From Octopus sinensis (taxonomy: Eukaryota), in contig NW_021833046.1 of NCBI RefSeq assembly GCF_006345805.1, positions 1-64,000 on the forward strand: 64,000 nucleotides of DNA, written 5' to 3'. The position numbers were made by a program, and so were the translations under genes. Of the stretch, positions 62,509-64,000 are shown piece by piece. The first letter of the stretch is position 1. Every line of letters begins with the position of its first letter. The notes under the pieces were generated by a model. The model was not told the origin of the DNA. It was given only the letters and a program-made list of their open reading frames with translations, and searched no databases.

Positions 62509-64000
62509 GTAAGACTTTATTTTATTTTTGTGTTATTTTGTATTTGTATGTGTGCTGTGTATGTATGTACCATTCAGATCTGTCAGGGTCCCAGTAATGG
62601 GTTAATTAACATATTAGGGCTACGTGATGACTGGATCTGGCAGACTCTGTGGAAGAACCTTCATGGTTTACTTGAGAGGGAGGTTAGCTGCTGCAACAAA
62701 CTGTAGAGTTTAGAGAGAAAGTTGGAGCAAATAAGACATCTTGGCCATTCACTGAATCCGTCTCCATCCCTATTTGTCTTGATCTGGTCTTGTCACTGGA
62801 TTGAAGATGGTCACAGATGAAAGAGTGAAGTTGATGGTGTTCAACTACGCATCATATTGATGAATAGTTAGCTCAATGGTAAGAGTGTTGGACTCACAAT
62901 TATGAGGTAGTGAGTTTGATTCTCGGACGAGATTGTGTATTGGGTTCTTGAGCAAGATACTTTATCTCACATTGCTCCAGTTCACTTAGCTGTAGAAATG
63001 TGTTGCGATATCACTGGTGCCAAGCAATATCAGCCTTTTCCTTTCCATTGGATAACATTGGTGGCGTGGAGACGGAAAGCTGGTATGCATGGGTGACTGC
63101 TGGTCTTCTATAAACAACCTTGCCCAGACTTGTGCCTCAAAGAGTAACTTTCTAGATGCATCTAAGGGGTTCTTTACCTTTTACATTTTATCCATCATTT
63201 TAAAGTCAGCAAGCAAGTCATTAGTCATCCCGAAGGATGACCAGACGATTCTCATCGCTCCGACAGACGAACATGGATGGATGTGTGTGTGTGTGTGTGT
63301 ACAACGGTAAAGCCATTAAGGAGGCCTGATTCTGTTTTCAATTTTTCCTTGATATGAACACGATCTTTGGAAATCACTCGAGGACACATCGAAGTTTATG
63401 AAAAAATGTGTGAAGCAGAATATGCTGTCAAGAAGAGGAATTTAAAATGTTTTCTTTATCCTCGCTTAAAATATATTCGGACCCCAAGCATAAATAAATG
63501 CAATTTGTTAAATTCTAGTCTCGCATTCGAAAGAGAAACATTATGTAAGGGAAGTAACTACGTACGCGTTAATAGTTATCTACCCTTTATGCATTTATTT
63601 TGATGTTTTCAAGTTTGAGATTTTTTTTTCGTAGAAAGACAACTGTTTTTGTTAGATTAGTTTAATTGTTTTGTTGATGCTAATTTAATTAAATTCAATC
63701 AGTTTAGTTCAAATATCTATAGTGATGACTCTTCGTTTTGTGACTCCTTGGTAGTTTGATTCTGGTCAGAAGAAATGGGTGTTTGACAGTTTCTGTCAGC
63801 ATTTGTTGGTTTTTAACATCAATAAACATCGCAAATTTGATGAGAGGGAACAGTCAATTAAATTGAGGGAACAGTCAATTAAATTGACACCCATTTGGCT
63901 TGATACTTATTCTACTGAATGCAAAAAGAAATGTGTTAGAACAGTTTCGCGCCGCATCTAAGAGTTTCGTTTTTCGTTTGACATGTGACAATTTCAGTTT

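Noticed and set aside
63206-63290. Possible exon 11 (SASKSLVIPKDDQ...)
   Set aside because: Only vague similarity to the expected VLVPGDPE motif, weak AAG acceptor, and an internal GTCATCC/GGATGAC hairpin suggesting repeat DNA.

Overview
AT-rich, microsatellite- and transposon-dense animal genomic DNA. The SINE and LINE families look like those of octopus or another coleoid cephalopod (inference from recalled repeat families, not a database hit). One host gene is supported: a + strand, multi-exon Ldh_2-family (PF02615, type-2 malate/L-lactate dehydrogenase-like) oxidoreductase. Ten GT-AG exons were assembled by hand from 35905 to 62508 (308 codons, reading frame continuous across all junctions), and the C-terminus probably lies beyond the window. 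The rest is mostly mobile DNA: a full-length but frameshifted DD34D mariner, several DD37D (maT) remnants, Merlin-, piggyBac- and pogo-like MITEs, non-autonomous Helitrons plus a Helitron Rep fragment, CR1 and RTE LINE fragments, several tRNA-derived SINE families, and Penelope-like element (PLE) pieces. The most striking signal, invisible in the ORF track, is a set of type I hammerhead ribozyme motifs: six complete motifs in four sequence families (5989-6026, 6033-6070, 12016-12058, 13488-13530, 24579-24671, 34145-34208) plus degenerate ones. All six have a GUA cleavage triplet and a tiny palindromic or near-palindromic helix III. They sit in PLE direct repeats, in long fold-back palindromes, or in an ORF-less PLE-like repeat. 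Most ORFs in the supplied track are microsatellite or TE artefacts.
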